Shown here one piece after another: positions 38,396 to 53,254 of a stretch of 64,000 bases of DNA. Position 1 is the stretch's first letter, and every line of letters starts with the position of its first letter. A model generated the notes under the pieces. That model saw only the letters and a list, made by a program, of their open reading frames with translations. It did no database searches and was not told the origin of the DNA. Origin of the DNA: the human T2T-CHM13v2.0 reference genome, Homo sapiens. The DNA is taken from NCBI RefSeq assembly GCF_009914755.1, contig NC_060937.1; one strand, 5' to 3'. Position numbers and translations under genes: made by a program.

Positions 38396-41300
38396 GTGAG
38401 TGAGCGGTGGGACTGGCAGTGGGTCTGGCATGGAGACAGCTTCAGTGTCAAACACCTTATCCTGACTTTTGTCTGTCAGAGTTCTAGCAGGAAACTATGG
38501 CCAGTCTTTTACCTATAGAATTTGAAGTACTTTCCTTTATATCTATTTTGTTTCTTATAAGGGTTTAATTAATTAAGATAGTGCTAGCAGGGACTAAGGG
38601 ACCCACAGTGGATGATGGGGCTCCTGAGGGATAGCAATAGCTGGCAGCTGTGACTACTCCTAGTCTGGCTGGGAGAGAGTGATGTTATCAGAACTCTATC
38701 CAGGTTAGTGAAGCCACCCAGCCATAGTGGTGGCCCCAGGTGGAGGAGCATGGCCACTGCCAGCCTGGCCTTAAAGAGAGCAGAGTGGCTGAGCACTGTG
38801 TGGCATGTCTTTCCTGCCCTGCTGTTCAGGGGCCAGCCTTCCTGAAAGAGAGCAGAGAAGGGTATAAAATTATCTGTTGTCATTTATTTAGCATTTACTA
38901 TGTTCCTGGCTAATCCTTAACACTTAAGCTTAGTTGTCCCATTGAATCCCCACCTAGCCAAGTGACAGACACTTTCATTTTATGGAGGAAACTGAGACTG
39001 AGACACATTAAATACTTTGCCTAAGGCTAGAAGTTTCTACTACCTGATGGGGCCCATACCTAACAAAGCTATTCCCTCATTAGCATGGAATGAAAAGATA
39101 CCTTGAGATTTGCTAAAACCAAGGAAGATTAGATTTGCTTCTCATGGGGTAAAGAGGCTTCTATCAACATTTATCTGCTTGGATATAATCAGTATATTAG
39201 ATTTTAAATGACCAGTCTGTGACTTTGCTGGGAAAGAAACTTGTTATGTCAGGTCTTCCTGTTTATCAGGAGACATCGGTTGTCCTCAGCAACTTTATGT
39301 CCCACTCCCTGGGACTGTGTCACCACCTTCCTTGCAGGTCGGGATGGTGGTGCTTTTGGATACTTCCAGTAAAGATGGCAGCCCCGAGTGGTTTTTGTCC
39401 TTAACAGAGTCCTCCATTTTCTTACCCCTCTGAGATTAGAATTACATTTGTTTTCTAAAGCTTAATCCTAAAGATTGACCTGCTTTTTGCAGTAATTATA
39501 TGGCTCAGATTTCTGTCTTAGAAACTTCCTCCAGTGATTGCGTTTCCTGATCAGCTCAGTTCCTGTGTCCATACTCAGCACCTGTGTGGACCCAGTCAGA
39601 TGGAACTTGGGGGACAAATTTTGGATGTCCAGTACTGGTGTTTTTTTTTTTTAACCATCCTGGAAGGTTAGGAATGTCCAATGAGTGATTAGAGTTAGTG
39701 AGGATTGTTTCTCTAGAAGTAATTTATGGTATCAGGTTATCCCCTGAGTTTTTTCTTACTCACCATATGTCTGGTGGTTCTCACAGCCAGGGGCACTGAG
39801 GAGCTCTGCCCTGGGATCTGGAGGCCAGCACTGTTCACCTGATCTCCACCGCTGAGATACCTCTGGCTACAGCCATAATCAGGTGGCCCAAAGGACTGAA
39901 CAAGGAAGAATGGGAGGGCACTCTAGACTAATTAAGGTTGTCTTTTCAGTCTAAAGTTAACAATGACACACATGAATTTTCATATCAGTATAATTTGATG
40001 TGGGTCCCAAATGTACAATGGGCCATTATGGCTGTTCAGTTAGAGCAGCTTGGGTGCTCTGTGACTGTGGCATGTGCCTGTGTCAGGACTAGACAAAGTC
40101 ATTTGCTTGGGGAAGCTCTCTCCCCTTCAGGTGTGAGGCCAGGAGCACCTGGTGTGGGTCCTGTCCCTGAGGTTCTGTCCTACACCACCCTCATGCAACA
40201 CCTACTACACACAGGTGCACAGTGACAGTCAGAGGTGCTTCATGTTTAAGGATGGACCTCCGTGTCATAAACTTTTTTAAAAGGTATATAGAGATAGCTC
40301 ATGAAATCCAAATCAAAGGTCCAGAGTTTTCAGCAAATTGTACCTACCTATTTGCCAACTTAACCTCACCATAGAAAGCCAAAAGATTCATCCTGTGGCC
40401 AGTCTTTCACATTACAGAATTTAAAGTACTTTTTTAAAATTTCTATTTCATTTTTTAACAAAATATTTAACAAAATATAGTATATCTCATGTGCCAGGTA
40501 CTATTTGTAATATTTATAAACACTGATTTATTTAATCTTCACAGAGACTCATTTTACAGATTGGAAAACAGAGGCAGAGAGAAGTTAAGTAACTTTAATG
40601 TCACTCAGCTGCGACGTATCAAAGGCTTGGCTGCTGGCTCCAGAGTCTAGACCTTTAACCATTGTGTTATGCTTTCCATGGGTAAAGCAACCTAAAAAGG
40701 CCCCTGGAATCAGTTACATGTGGTTGGAGACTAACTCTGTCATTGACTTACCAAATGCTTGATATTGGGCAATTTATCTAACCTCTCTCTGCATCAGTTT
40801 CTACGTCTGCAGGAAGAGATGACAAGCCTGCCTGTTCTACAAGGTTGTTTTGGGGATTCAGTGGAGCATGATGAGAGCAAAGCAGTTGGCACCATGCTTG
40901 CACCTAGATAGTGCTCAATAAATACTGGCTACTGTTAGCTTTATGATTGTGATCAATGTATGAATATTAAGCAGTATTTCCAGGCTGAAGGAACTCTGAG
41001 GTACTCATATTGAGGAGTCAGTATTAGAGCTTAGCAGTGCCGCCCATTCAATAAGGAATATTGAGAGACCCACAGCCGCTGAGACTGCAGAACCCTGCAT
41101 TTAGGACAATTGTCCCACCCCACTGGAGGTCCCCACCTGCTCTGTTCTTGGATTTCATGAGGGACGTGAGAAAGGGACTGGAGGCCGACTCCATCTGCTT
41201 CCCTTCTCAGCACCAGTGCACTAAGGGACCAGGAAAAGAGGTGTTGGGGCTGTGTGGTTGTGTTTTCCTCCTGCGCAATGGAGGAAATTGGCTTTGGGGT

Positions 41301-41668
41301 TTTCTTTTCCTGTTTTCTCATGGAATCTCAAGATTTCTAGGAGCAACCCTGCCTACATGCAATCAGTCCCTGAGAGGATTGTGATGTCTAATTCCAGGGG
41401 AGGAGCAAATGCACGAGGATCTCATTGGGAAGGGTTAGGCTAGCGCTGCTCAGGGGGAATTGTGGTGGGCCTTTCTTTGGAGTCTTGGAAACTCTTGGAC
41501 TGGGCCTCAGCAGGATACTAAAAGCAACACTAGCCTGAGAGCTCAAAAGGGGCCCCGAGAGCCTCTGCTCCACACTGCTTGCTTTGCCAGCTGCCCCATT
41601 GCTGATGTCATACTGCCCTGAGAAAGCCACATGCCTCCTCTGGTTGAATCTCTCTGCTGTCTCTCCAG

Positions 41669-42073
41669 AAATGGGCTTCGCAGTCACAGCCATCTCCCGG
41701 ACACCGGGGGTGACCTACAGCGACTCCTTTGACTTGCAGTGTATCATCAAACCCCACTACCCTGCCCAGGTCCCCGTGTCAGTGACATGGCGGTTCCAGC
41801 CGGTGGGCACGGTGGAGTTCCATGACTTGGTGACCTTCACCCGGGACGGAGGGGTCCAGTGGGGGGACAGGTCCTCCAGCTTCCGAACCCGAACTGCCAC
41901 CGAGAAGGCTGAGTCCAGCAACAACGTCCGCCTAATCATCAGCCGAGCCAGTGACACGGAAGCAGGCAAGTACCAGTGTGTGGCAGAGCTGTGGTGGAAG
42001 AACTACAACAACACCTGGACGCAACTGGCGGAGAGGACCTCCAACCTGCTGGTGATCAGGGTGCTGCAGCCAG
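41669..42073 (+). pseudogene. IGSF3P2: IGSF3-like Ig domain 5 exon (405 nt, open)
   Basis: ctctccag|AA ATG GGC TTC ... CAG CCA G|gtgagt; MGFAVTAISRTPGVTYSDSFDLQC...GKYQCVAELW. Confidence 0.93.
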
Positions 42074-42547
42074 GTGAGTGCTGAGGACCTGTGGGCTATG
42101 TGCCCATGCTGCCTGAGCAGACGTGAGGGAAAAAGAAAAGTGTGCATGGAGCCCTCAGCATCACTTCCCCCTTTCCCAGCTCTTCATTTAGAGACATTGC
42201 AAATCAATAGGAAGTTTTAAGAATCATGCAGTGGACACTTGTATTTCCTTTCCTTGATAGCCAGTTGTTGTCTGACGGCATTTGTTTTCTTCCTCTGTGT
42301 GTATGTTTGTTGTTGTTTTTGAGCCATTGGAGGGAAAGCTGTGGACATTGGGACACTTCCCCCTAAGTACTTCAGCATGTAACTCCTAAGAACCTACCCC
42401 TATCACCTACATTTCCCCAGTTGTCCCAATCATGCCCTTTATTTTTCCCTTTCAGATTAGGATCCAACCAGGGATCACACATCACATTTGTTATCCTGTC
42501 TCTTTAGACTCCTTTAATCTAGAACAATTCCCTAACCTGTGTGTTTG

Positions 42548-42549
<2 letters not shown>

Positions 42550-42589
<40 letters not shown>

Positions 42590-42592
42590 TGT
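42550..42592. repeat. (TG)n microsatellite
   Basis: Direct reading. Confidence 0.9.
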
Positions 42593-45500
42593 CTGTAGAC
42601 ATGGACATTTGTGAAATGCACAGGCCAATTGTTTTAAAGAAAGCCCTTTTCTTTACTTAACCTCATCTCCTGTAATCCTCATACAATTATGTGGAAGTGA
42701 TATCATTGTCTCCTGTTCATAGACAAGGAAATTGTGAGTAAAAAGGGAGGGTAATAGGCACCTATTGAGCATCTTCTTTGCATGAGGTGCTGAAGGTCAG
42801 TTATTCTATTAGAATTGCACAACAACCCCAGGAAAGATTTAAGTGACTAGCTTAAGGTCATGTACCTAGTGAATGGTGGAGCCAGGATTTGAACCCCGGT
42901 TGTCTCCCACAATGTTGCCTGCACCCAGGCCCTGTCCAGTTGTATGGGCCCTGAATTTGAGCTCCTTTCTCTATGGAGGCTGAGTCTGTCTCAAAGCGGA
43001 TCATCAGGATGCATTAATTTGGGGAGCATTAGTCAGTGGGGCTTTCTGCAAACACTCTCGCCTTCATCAGGCTCTTCCGCTGACATGCGGGAGGAGTTAA
43101 GTACATGCAGCTCTTATGGTTTTCCTCCATCTGTCCTTGTCTCCTGCCAGGTTAGAAGCTGGTGGAGGGTGGAGCCCAGGCGGTAGGCTCCTGTGTTCCT
43201 TCCCTCACCCAGCCCGTGCCTCGGCTGGAACAGACACCTGTGCAGGCAAAGGCAAGGGTTTGACTTTGCAAAGATGGCTGGAACGCCTTGCCAAAGGGAT
43301 TTTTCTGCCCACTAACAGCCATGGTTAGGGCCTGACCTGGTCTGCCCGACTACTTTAGGTGGCCACAGTGTTGTTTTCAGCAACGTGAGGTTAAATAACG
43401 GTAACCTTTGGGTTTCTCCTTCACCTCTTCCAACCCCATAGCAGAGTTCTGTTCTGTACCAGATTTGGAACAAGTGAGTTGTATAAATGATGAGACTGTT
43501 CCCTTGGCCAACGAGAGCCTAAACTTTGACTGACAAGAGGCTCAGGGAAGAGGCTGTTTTACTTAAGTGGATTTTCAGGTTAGTGGAAGGTTAAGCAGAG
43601 ACCCCATTTTATGTGAACCCTTGTTGTGGAAAATGTCGAGGTACCCACTTGCCTGCGTTATTGAGTGGGACATTAGGATTGTAATTGCACCTTTTTTGGT
43701 CCCCTCTGGCTCTCAAAGTCAGTTTTCTGAGCAGCATTGCCCATCACATGGTTCTGCAGCTGTAGAAGGTAGAGGAGATGCTGACCTCAAGACCTTGTCT
43801 GACATTGCCTTTTTGAATCCATCCCTAGTATTTGCCTATTTCTGGTATTACTTGGAATCTAAGACTGGAGTGCCTAAGGGAAGAATACAGAATTAGTTCA
43901 TTGAAGGTTCTAATTATTTGGATTAATTTATGGTGTTACTAAAGGCAGACAGGGAAAAATATGTATGAAGTACCTCTTGGATGCCAGGTTTGTGCTTAGT
44001 GCTTTACTCATGTTTTCTTTTTTAAATTTATCCAACAACCTAATAATGTAGGTGTTTGTATCCCTATTTTGCTAATGAGGAAACCAAGGCTCAAAGTGGT
44101 CAGGAATCTTGATGGAGGCAAGCCAGCTGGTTAAGGGGCAAAACTGAGATTTGAACTGAGATTGGAGCCCAGGTATCTCTGACTTCCATAGAGCAAATGT
44201 ATTCCTTTATACCATAATTGCCTTCTGGGTAAAGTAGCTGGAGGGTTGGGAGACCCCAGATCTGCTCTGAGGTTGTCTTTGTGTCTTGGGTGTCTTGAGT
44301 TGGTTTCTGTTGTGTTTTCACTGTAAAATGAGAATGAACAGTGGTTGGCAGAGGAGACTTATGAGTATCACTGTACTTAGGCTGTTATGAGACCGCTACT
44401 TAAAGGTGCACAGTAATATACTTTTATGACCCTTTGGAGGCTAGGAAGGGCAAAGGTGGGTGCTTGAGGCCGTGCAGGACTCCCAGAGGGCAGTTGAGGC
44501 ACCAGGAGAGTGCATCCCCTTAAGTGTTACTGTCTCTCCTCTATTAAATATTTATGCATTTAGCACTTAATATTTTCCAGAGAGCTTCATAAGAGTTTTT
44601 ACTCTTTCTTATTTACTTTGGTGCTGGTGCATTCATTTTGGGGAAATAGAAGTGGAAAAATACATGAGAGCTGACTGTGCGCTGGAGACTGTTGGACACT
44701 TGGTGTATATTATCTCACTTAATCTTCACTGCAACCCTGGGAGGAACATATTGCTTTCCCATTTTATAAATGAAGTAACAGAGGCTCTGAGAGGTTCTCA
44801 GTTCCTCAAATTAAACACCTAGTGAGTGGGGGAAGTTGGGATTTGAATCCAGGTGTGCCTCGTTAAAAAGTAATTGCGGTAGGGAGACTTTGACCTTTTT
44901 AAAGGCTATGTAATCAGAGATTCTTCTTTCTGCATTCAGTTAATGCTGTCCTTTACAGAAGAATTTTCTCCTTGTAGATTGATGATGTGGAGGAGTTATG
45001 GCACTAGTGTTACTGGTAGTAACAACAGTAGCAGCTAATATTCACTGAGCATTTCTTGTAAACCACTGGGAATGCTTTACACATAATAACTTAGTTCCTT
45101 GTTTCTTAATCCATGCAGTGCTGTGAGGGGGACCATTTTACCCAACTTCACAGATGAGGACACTGACACAGAAGTTACATAAATTGCCCAGTGTGCCATA
45201 GTAAGTGGCAGAGCCAGGATTCAAGTCCAGACAGGCAGTTTGGCTCCAGAGTCCAAGTTCCTAATTTTATTATTATATGTTCTAGACAAGTGTTTTTCTT
45301 CTCAGGAATCCTCTTTGGTAACGTATGCTTGTATTTAGTGTTTCCTCTCTCTGGTTAACCACTCCTGATTTCCTAATCCCCTTTAGCAAATCCTTAAATT
45401 TGTTTTTTGGAAGTTGGGGTCATAAGACACTGGTAGAGGTTCCTCAAGACACAGTTTGCTGATGGTGTAGAAGTTTTATCTTGTGCCTCTTTTAACTCCT

Positions 45501-48500
45501 GATTCTTCCAGCTTCTGCCACAAGGTGGCTCTAAGACCTGGGGATACCAGAGCTCAGAACCAGCGCTGTCCTCTCTTCTTTTGCTCTCCCTGCATACCTT
45601 GCCCCTCAAAACATAGATTCTTAGCCCTGCTCTGGTGTCTTCCATAGAAGTGTCCCCTGCTACCCCTGTTTTAAAGAATATTGTGTTAAATATTCGTATT
45701 CCATCAGAATCAAATAGGAACCCAGGGACTGTTGGCTCACTCATGCTGGTCCATTTACCATCAGCCTTCCACTGCTGTGATATCATTTATCACAGCAAGC
45801 TTCTCTGTGGTCTGTGCCCCAGACTCGTCCCTGCTGATCCTGCCCCCATATCAGTATTCATCAGAATCTCTGGTTGGATGGCACAGTTGACTTGTGGATC
45901 TGTTATTTGACCATGCCCTGTGTGTGCTTCCTGTTGCGTATGCACATCCCCAACAGAATCTTCAAGGAATGCCATGACTGTCATGTTGCCATTGATCTAG
46001 CTTAGTCTGATCCCCATTGATCACATAGTGTGACCCCTCAAGGGGTGCTTAGGCAAGACTTTCAGCCAGTTCACATATTTGATTGTTAGCTCTTAATCAG
46101 TTTTCTCTTTTAATTGTAAAGCATAATTGCCTTGCTTCCTTCTGATTTTCTTTAGCTCAAAACGCCCTCCAATTACACATCCCTAAATACAGAAGCAGTA
46201 AGGGAAATGTCAGCACTCATTTTCCGAATGTTTACGACAATATCTTGGTTTGGCTATTAAAATTGACAAAGCCATAAACAAGCTTCCATGAGGACAGCCT
46301 CCAGTGGTGGAAAGCTGACTTGTCAGAGGGTGTATTCTGCTGGGATTTTACTGATGGGCACTCAGGATGAATATTTAATACCCTCTGGATGTTGCCAAAT
46401 CAGTTTTCTTCTATTTCTTATTGCTGACCTGGCAGATTGGGATAGCAGAGGGCTTTTCTTTGACTTCCATGAGTCCAGAGCATGTGAACACTGGCTATCC
46501 TTTCACATTCTGAGGGATGACTGCCCCATCCCTCAGAGGACTGGCCTCTGCCTTCTTTCAGGGGAGTCCGGGTTCTCCTTCTTCCATCCCAGGTGGCTTC
46601 TGCCTGTTGTCTGTGCCAAGATAGAATGGGTGTGAGTGCAAGAGCCCTAAGAGGAGAGCCCAGCCCCTCCCAGATGCCTCAGGCCTGTTGTCATGGTAAC
46701 ACCGGGGCACTTGTTATTGGCATCAACGAGCCAGAGTCACTGCCCTGCCTGCAGACAGGTAAGGCAGGGTAGAGCGCATCTGGGTAACCTTCATTAGCTA
46801 TTTCCACCTGCAGACTCTTGCTGCTTTCCCCTTGCCCCTCCCTCCCTGTCTCTCTGCATGCATTGAGCACCTACTAAGTGCCAGGTTGCCATGCTGGTGA
46901 GGCTGCTGAGATGGGTGTGTCACGTTCCTGCCTTGCGGGCTCTGTGGGAGGCAGCAGGCCTAGGGACAGAGGAGAGCAGAAAAGCATTACAGGTGTGGAG
47001 GCAGAGCCAGCACAGGGCATGAACACGGGGCAGGGGGCAGGGGGCGTGAGGAGGGAATGGGGTAGGGGTGAGGGTGGGAGGTTGGGAAGGAGGAGTGGAG
47101 CATTTCAGGCTCAGAGAAGAGTGTGAATAAAGATAGTCATGGAGGGTGGGAGCAGCATGCTTATCTTGAGATGACTAAAGCATGGGGTCTGGGAGGGGTT
47201 CACCCCCAGGCAAGCTGGCAGGGATCAAGAAGTCCCTTTTGTACATGGGAGCACGGGGTGAGGGTGGGCATATGTAATAGCTAAAAGCAAGGACAGACCA
47301 GACAGCCTGGGTTTGAATCCCAGCTCTACCACTAAGCCAGCTGTGTGACCTTGGGCAAGTGTCTTTATAAAATTGGGAATAATATTTATTTCATAGGATT
47401 GGTGAGGACCAAATAGTTAATATTTATAAAGTGCTTAGAATAGTGCTGAGCACATAGGACCAGACGAAAGTTTGCTAAATAAATAAGAATATCCTAAACT
47501 CAGAAATTAGGACTTTAGCTCATACCCAGATCATATACTCCATTTTTGTAATAATTTATAATATTCCCTTTACCCAGAAATGAAATTCATATACAATATA
47601 ACATTCCTAATCATATCTTTAAAATTTGCTATACTGTCCTAGTTGTGGGATAAAGAAAGTTGTTTTTTTTTAAAGTAGTTCATGGTAAAATAACGTGTTT
47701 CAATGTGTAAATGCTCAGGACAGCTATGCTAGGAGGCACAGTCACAGTCAACGCTGTCCCTAAATGCACACTGACAGTCACCGTATCAGACTTGGCACCA
47801 TGAGCAGGACTGCCATCCTGACAGGGTTTCTGAAGTCCTGAGTAACTCTTGCTACAATTCTGAACAAAACAAAGGAAAATCCTCTCTTGACTGACCTGGC
47901 ATGTATTAAAACCATGCAAAATAAAAGTATTGTGATTATAGTAAAATGAAAGTAGGTTCTAGGCTCAGAGGCATAATTTTTGCCCATATGAATGTCATTC
48001 GAAAGTCACACAGGACACGAGGCAGAGTTTTGTTGCATGGAGTTGTCCCAGATACGATTTTACATCTTTAATGGCTTTATTCCATTGAATATATACCCCT
48101 CCCCAAATCAATATGGCAACCAGAGACCTGCTTGCAATTAGCTGCCTTATTGAGAACTGCTGTCACGGGCTGTGGGGTGGGCAGCCGTGGGCAGTAGCAT
48201 GCCCCATTTGCCATTTAGGGAAATCCCCTGGCTGTGGCTAGGCCGAGAGGGAGGGAGTGTCATATGCAGGCCAATTATAAGAGGCTGAGAAAGAGATCAT
48301 TGAGGGCCCAAATAGGGAATGGTCATGTGGAGAGAGCAGGGAGCCAAGGGGTGTTAAGGACAGAGGGACTCAGGGGTAGTAACAGTTTGAGTGGCAGGCG
48401 CCTGTGCCACTGGCTTCCCATGCAGCTCACCCTGCATTCTTTCCTTGTCTCTCATCTGACTTGCTTCTCTCCACTTGAAACATCTCTCCTGCCGCAGCCA

Positions 48501-51500
48501 CTGGCCACCTCTATCTCTAGCATTACTGTCTGTTGTCTTTAATAAAGAGCAGTGTCTTCCTCCCTCAGTGCCCATCTCTTTGCACCTGCCACTCTGGCTG
48601 CTGCTCACACCACTGCACAGAAACCGCTTTCTCCAGACTTACCGGCAACCACCTCAGCAGCACAGCTGTTGCTTCTCAAACTTGAATGTGCATCAGAATC
48701 AATTGGAGGGCTCATGAGCCTGCAGGTTGCTGAGCCTTACTCACAGTTTTTCTGACTTAGCAGGGGCTGGCAAATTCCCAGGTGATACTGATCTGCAGAT
48801 CCATGGCATGCACCCTGAGGGCCACAGGTGGTCAGGATCAAGTACAAGCTGCAGGCCCCTTGCAGTGTGGCCGAAGCTTACCTTTCTAACCTCATCCACT
48901 ACACCTGAGCACTTGCTCCTCCTTGAATAGAGTGCACAGGGTAGTTGTTATCTTTCTTCACTTGTCCCCTCTCTCTGGCATGCCCTTTCACTCTCCTTCT
49001 CTGCTTGTTTCTCAGGGCCTAGCTCAGAGGCCACATACCTTTTGAAATGTTCTCTTTTCTATCAAAATCAGAATTGCCCCTCCTTTTAAAAAGTAACCAC
49101 ATTTATTCAACCATTCATTGATTAGTTTAACAATGATTGGGTCAGAGTCCCTGCCCTGCATATGCTTAGAATTTTGTAAGAAAGAGAAGACTTTAAAAAT
49201 TACCTTCGTTGTAAGGCAGCAGTAACAGCTATAGTGGAGCATAAGGGAATCCTTTATTGAAGAAATAAATGAGTTTTGAGTGAGAAGAGCACGCACAGAG
49301 TGGAATCTGAAGGGAGGGTAGGCTGGCTGAGAAAGCTGCTGCTGGTCTCCGCTGTGGAGTTCTTCCCTCTTCCTGATGTCTCACCTTGAAACCACCCTAT
49401 CCTGGCTTGTAACAAATGCAACAGCCTCTCCTACCATACAAAACACAGATCTTCCAAGTTTTAATCACAAGCCTGGGAAGGAAACTCTCCAGCTGCAGAA
49501 AGAAAGGGCCACTCCCTCAAAGCAGGGCCTGGTCCCTGGGGGCTGCTGTGAAGGCAGCTGCTGGCGTGAGCTGGAGCAGCTCTCGGACCCTCTTCCTGTC
49601 TCTTGCTGGATTCTTTCTTCCTCCTGCCAATTCACTGTTGGGGGTTAACCAAGCCTCACTCTTTTCTTTCACGTCTGCATTTATGGCCTCTCAAAGCCCG
49701 TTCACTCACACGGCCAAGTCCGGGGTTTCTCAGGCTTGAAGCTACTTGTGAATCACCTGGGGATCTTGTTAAAGTGCAGATTCTGACTTACTGGGTCTGG
49801 GGTGGGGCCTGAGAGTCTGCATTTCTAACAAGCTCCCAGTGCTGCTGGTCCAAGAACAGCACTTTGAGCAGGAAGATTGCCACTTATGCTTGACAACTCC
49901 TAATCTAAGTGTTGAACTTTGAACTTGGGACAAGGCACAGAAACCAAAAAGGAATGAGAATAGCTAAAATTCACTGGGTGTTTGTTATATCCCAGGTTCT
50001 GTGCTAAACTCTTTTTATAGACAATTGCTTTTAGTCTGCACAAAACTCCTAATGGAGATAGAGACATTGTTCTTATTTTGCAGATGAAAACACCTTTGGT
50101 CTCTAAGTGGGCAGGGCTCTCCTAGCTCTGTGGAGGAAGGTGGTGCACGCAAGCTGTACACCGCCCAGGGCAGGGCTCTGGCAGGACATGGGAGGGCTCC
50201 CTAATTATATGTGGAGATTCCAGTCTCCCCTGTGCCTCAGGAAAGGTCCTACCTGCCCTGGAGATGTGGGAGGAAATCCAGAGCATAGAATAGGAGCTGA
50301 CCCCTTGCCCACCTGTCAGACATGCACCAAATTTAAAAAATGTCTCTCTTTCAAGCTTCTCAACACTTCACAATATTTTGACATGGGAAGGAAAAAAAAT
50401 GGAAATGCTTTGGAACATTTCTCTTCCTTGAATTCTTGTTCTCAGACCACGTGACTGAATAGAATTTTAGTCACAGGATTCCAGTTTAACATATGCAGTT
50501 ACTATAGCAATTGAGGTTTCCTTAGTAACAGTTGCAAAAATAATCCAGCCCCAATTAATAATACATTTTAAAGCTCTTTCTACTCCATGCTGAACAACCC
50601 AGTTTTTTTGGCCAAGAACCAGATAATTCAGGTGGTGTCATTTGCACTGATATAGATATCATTTGCATGCGGTGAATTGGGTTGGAAAGGAATGAAAAGG
50701 GAGCCGGTTGTTTCAAGTATTATAGGAATCCAATCTGAAAAGTCGACTGGCAAGCGAATGCAAATCTAGCTTCCAGAGCTTGGGAGCTTAATGGTAAACC
50801 CTGTCCTGGATTCCTAGTGTGCCCTAGAGGACTTTCTGCATTTGAAGAAGGGAGAAGGCAGAAGATTGGACTTGCTAACAAAAAAGATGAACCCGGGAGG
50901 GTGGGGCCGTGGCACACAGGATTTCTCTCTAAGTGGTGCCTGGTGTGTTCTTGATGGCGTGAGAAGGTCTGTGGGTTTGTGAATTCAACAAGTCTTCCTG
51001 GAGAGAATGTCTGATTCACCGCCGGGAGATGCTCCGCAGTGTTGCTCAGTCACGGCATTGGGAATTGGACTTTGCCACACCTTGGCTTACTAAATCCTTC
51101 CATCCATTCAGAACATTTGTCTGTGTGTTACAGGGAGACCAAGTGGCAGTCTGTGGCTTTCACAAGTTTTGGTTCTGTGATGCATGGGACTCAATCAACC
51201 CTTGATGCTGCCAAACCAAGCTTAAGCCAGCTGGCAGGCCAGGGTCATGACCAGTGGGCTGGGTCCTGGGTCTGGATGCAGTTCCTGGGGTTGAGCTGGA
51301 CTAAAGAGACAAGAGTCTGACCAGCAGAGTGCTGGAGCCTGGCCAGGCACCCCTGCCCTGCCCCTGCCCCTGCCCTCCACACAAGATCGGTTGGAGGAGG
51401 CCTAGGTTGCTGTCCCTGGGTGGAATCTGCACCTTGCCCCTGCTTTCTTTCTCAGCTGGGAAGTGGTTTGGTCCCTGTGGCGGAAAAACTAAGTGTGAAG

Positions 51501-51944
51501 AGAGTGGTGGAGGTGGAACAATGCTTGTGCTATTAGTTCCCTAAGAGGAACTTAGAATTGTTTTTTTTTTTTTTTTCATTTTTAGTAGCAGGAGAGGCGT
51601 GGGTGGGGGAATGCAGAGCCAAGGTTAATGATGATGGGGTGGGTGAGATCTCAAATCACCTTCCTAACATGGATTTCATTAGACCTTGGCTTCTTGCCAC
51701 TGGCAAGGTGAACATCGTCATTAATTAGCTGCTGGGGAGGCGCTCCACTGGCTGCCCTCTTGTCTGTTTTTGGAGCGGGACAGTGAGGAGAAGGGAGGAT
51801 TGCAGTTGGCTTTGCCTTGTCCCGTGGTTTACTGTCTTCTCAGCCTTCTCTCTCACTCCCCTAGAGGAAGCCCCCCCTCCCCACCCCCGCAGCATCCTCT
51901 AATTACCTGTTGCCGTGTTTCTCCAACGTGCTCTCATTCGCTCA

Positions 51945-52600
51945 CCCACTCATTCACCTATTTCAGCAAACACTGATCAAATGCTTTCCTGGCCCAGGTG
52001 TTGTGCTAGGCTCTGGGGGTGCAGCGATAAGAATGTCCGCTAGGCCGTCCGCCCCATGAGGGCTGGGACTCTGGCTTACTCTTCAGGGCATCCCCAGCAC
52101 TTAGCATCCTGTGGGAAACTGAGTGGGCACTCCGTAAATACTGGTTGATTGAGTGGAAAGAGCTTGATCCCTGCCCTGGGGGAGCTCACCATCTAGGATA
52201 TGGGAGAGAGATGTGAAGACACACAGCCCAGAGATATATAGAGGGTGCTGAGGAAGGGTATGGAGCCCAGGGGGATGGGAATGAGGAATAAGTGGAGAGA
52301 AGGGTGAGGGTGGGAGGTGGCAGAAGGAGACAGGCAGAGAGGACAGCAAGGGCAAAGGCCAGCACTCAGGGAAACTGCACCAGGGGCGTGCGCCTGTGGA
52401 GGGTGCCTGAGGGTGAGTCGTGAGAGATGAGTCAGGACACTTGGGTGCAGGCCAGATCCTGAAGGGACTTTGTGCTGTGAAAAGGAATTGTTTCTCTCTA
52501 GCCCGTAGGTAGTTCAGAGCCATTAAACTTTTCAAGCAGAGACCTGATATAGCTAGATTTGTATTTCAGCAGGATCACCCTCAGAGGCCCTGTGATGGTG
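51945..52600. mobile_element. L2 fragments
   Basis: cattcacctatttcagcaaacactga...gtgttgtgctaggctctggg; ggccagatcctgaaggg...gatatagctagatttgtatttcagcaggatcac. Confidence 0.55.
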
Positions 52601-52843
52601 GGCTGTGCAGGCAGTGGATAGGGGAGAGATGGTGAAGGCCTAAGCCAGGCACATGGCAAGGAGGAGACAGGGAAGGATGTTTAGCGGTGGCCTGGGCTCC
52701 GTGCTGCCTTCCTCACACTGAAGCCAGTCGGTGTTAAATCCCCCAGGAACTGTGCTGGAGGAAAACTGACTCAGAGCCTCGAGGTGGATGGGCCACGTTT
52801 CTGGGAGTCTGTGGTGATTCCTGTGTTCCCCTTTCCTTTGCAG

Positions 52844-53254
52844 TGACAAAGCTGCAGGTGAGCAAATCGAAGAGGACCCTCACCCTGGTGGAAAACAAGC
52901 CCATTCAGCTGAACTGCTCAGTCAAGTCTCAGACCAGCCAGAACTCCCACTTTGCGGTGCTCTGGTACGTCCACAAGCCCTCAGATGCCAACGGCAAGCT
53001 TATCCTGAAGACCACCCACAACTCCGCCTTCGAATACGGTACTTACGTGGAGGAGGAGGGCCTGAGAGCCAGGCTCCAGTTTGAGAGGCATGTGTCGGGG
53101 GACCTGTTCAGCCTCACCGTCCAGAGAGCCGAGGTCAGCGACAGCGGCAGCTACTACTGCCACGTGGAGTAGTGGCTGCTGAGCCCCAACTACGCCTGGT
53201 ACAAGCTGGCAGAGGAGGTTTCTGGGCGCACAGAAGTCACTGTGAAACAGCCAG
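52844..53254 (+). pseudogene. IGSF3P2: IGSF3-like Ig domain 6 exon (411 nt) with premature stop
   Basis: ctttgcag|TG ACA AAG CTG ... CAG CCA G|gtaagg; YYCHVE*WLLSPNY with TAG at 53170-53172 where EEW is expected. Confidence 0.93.
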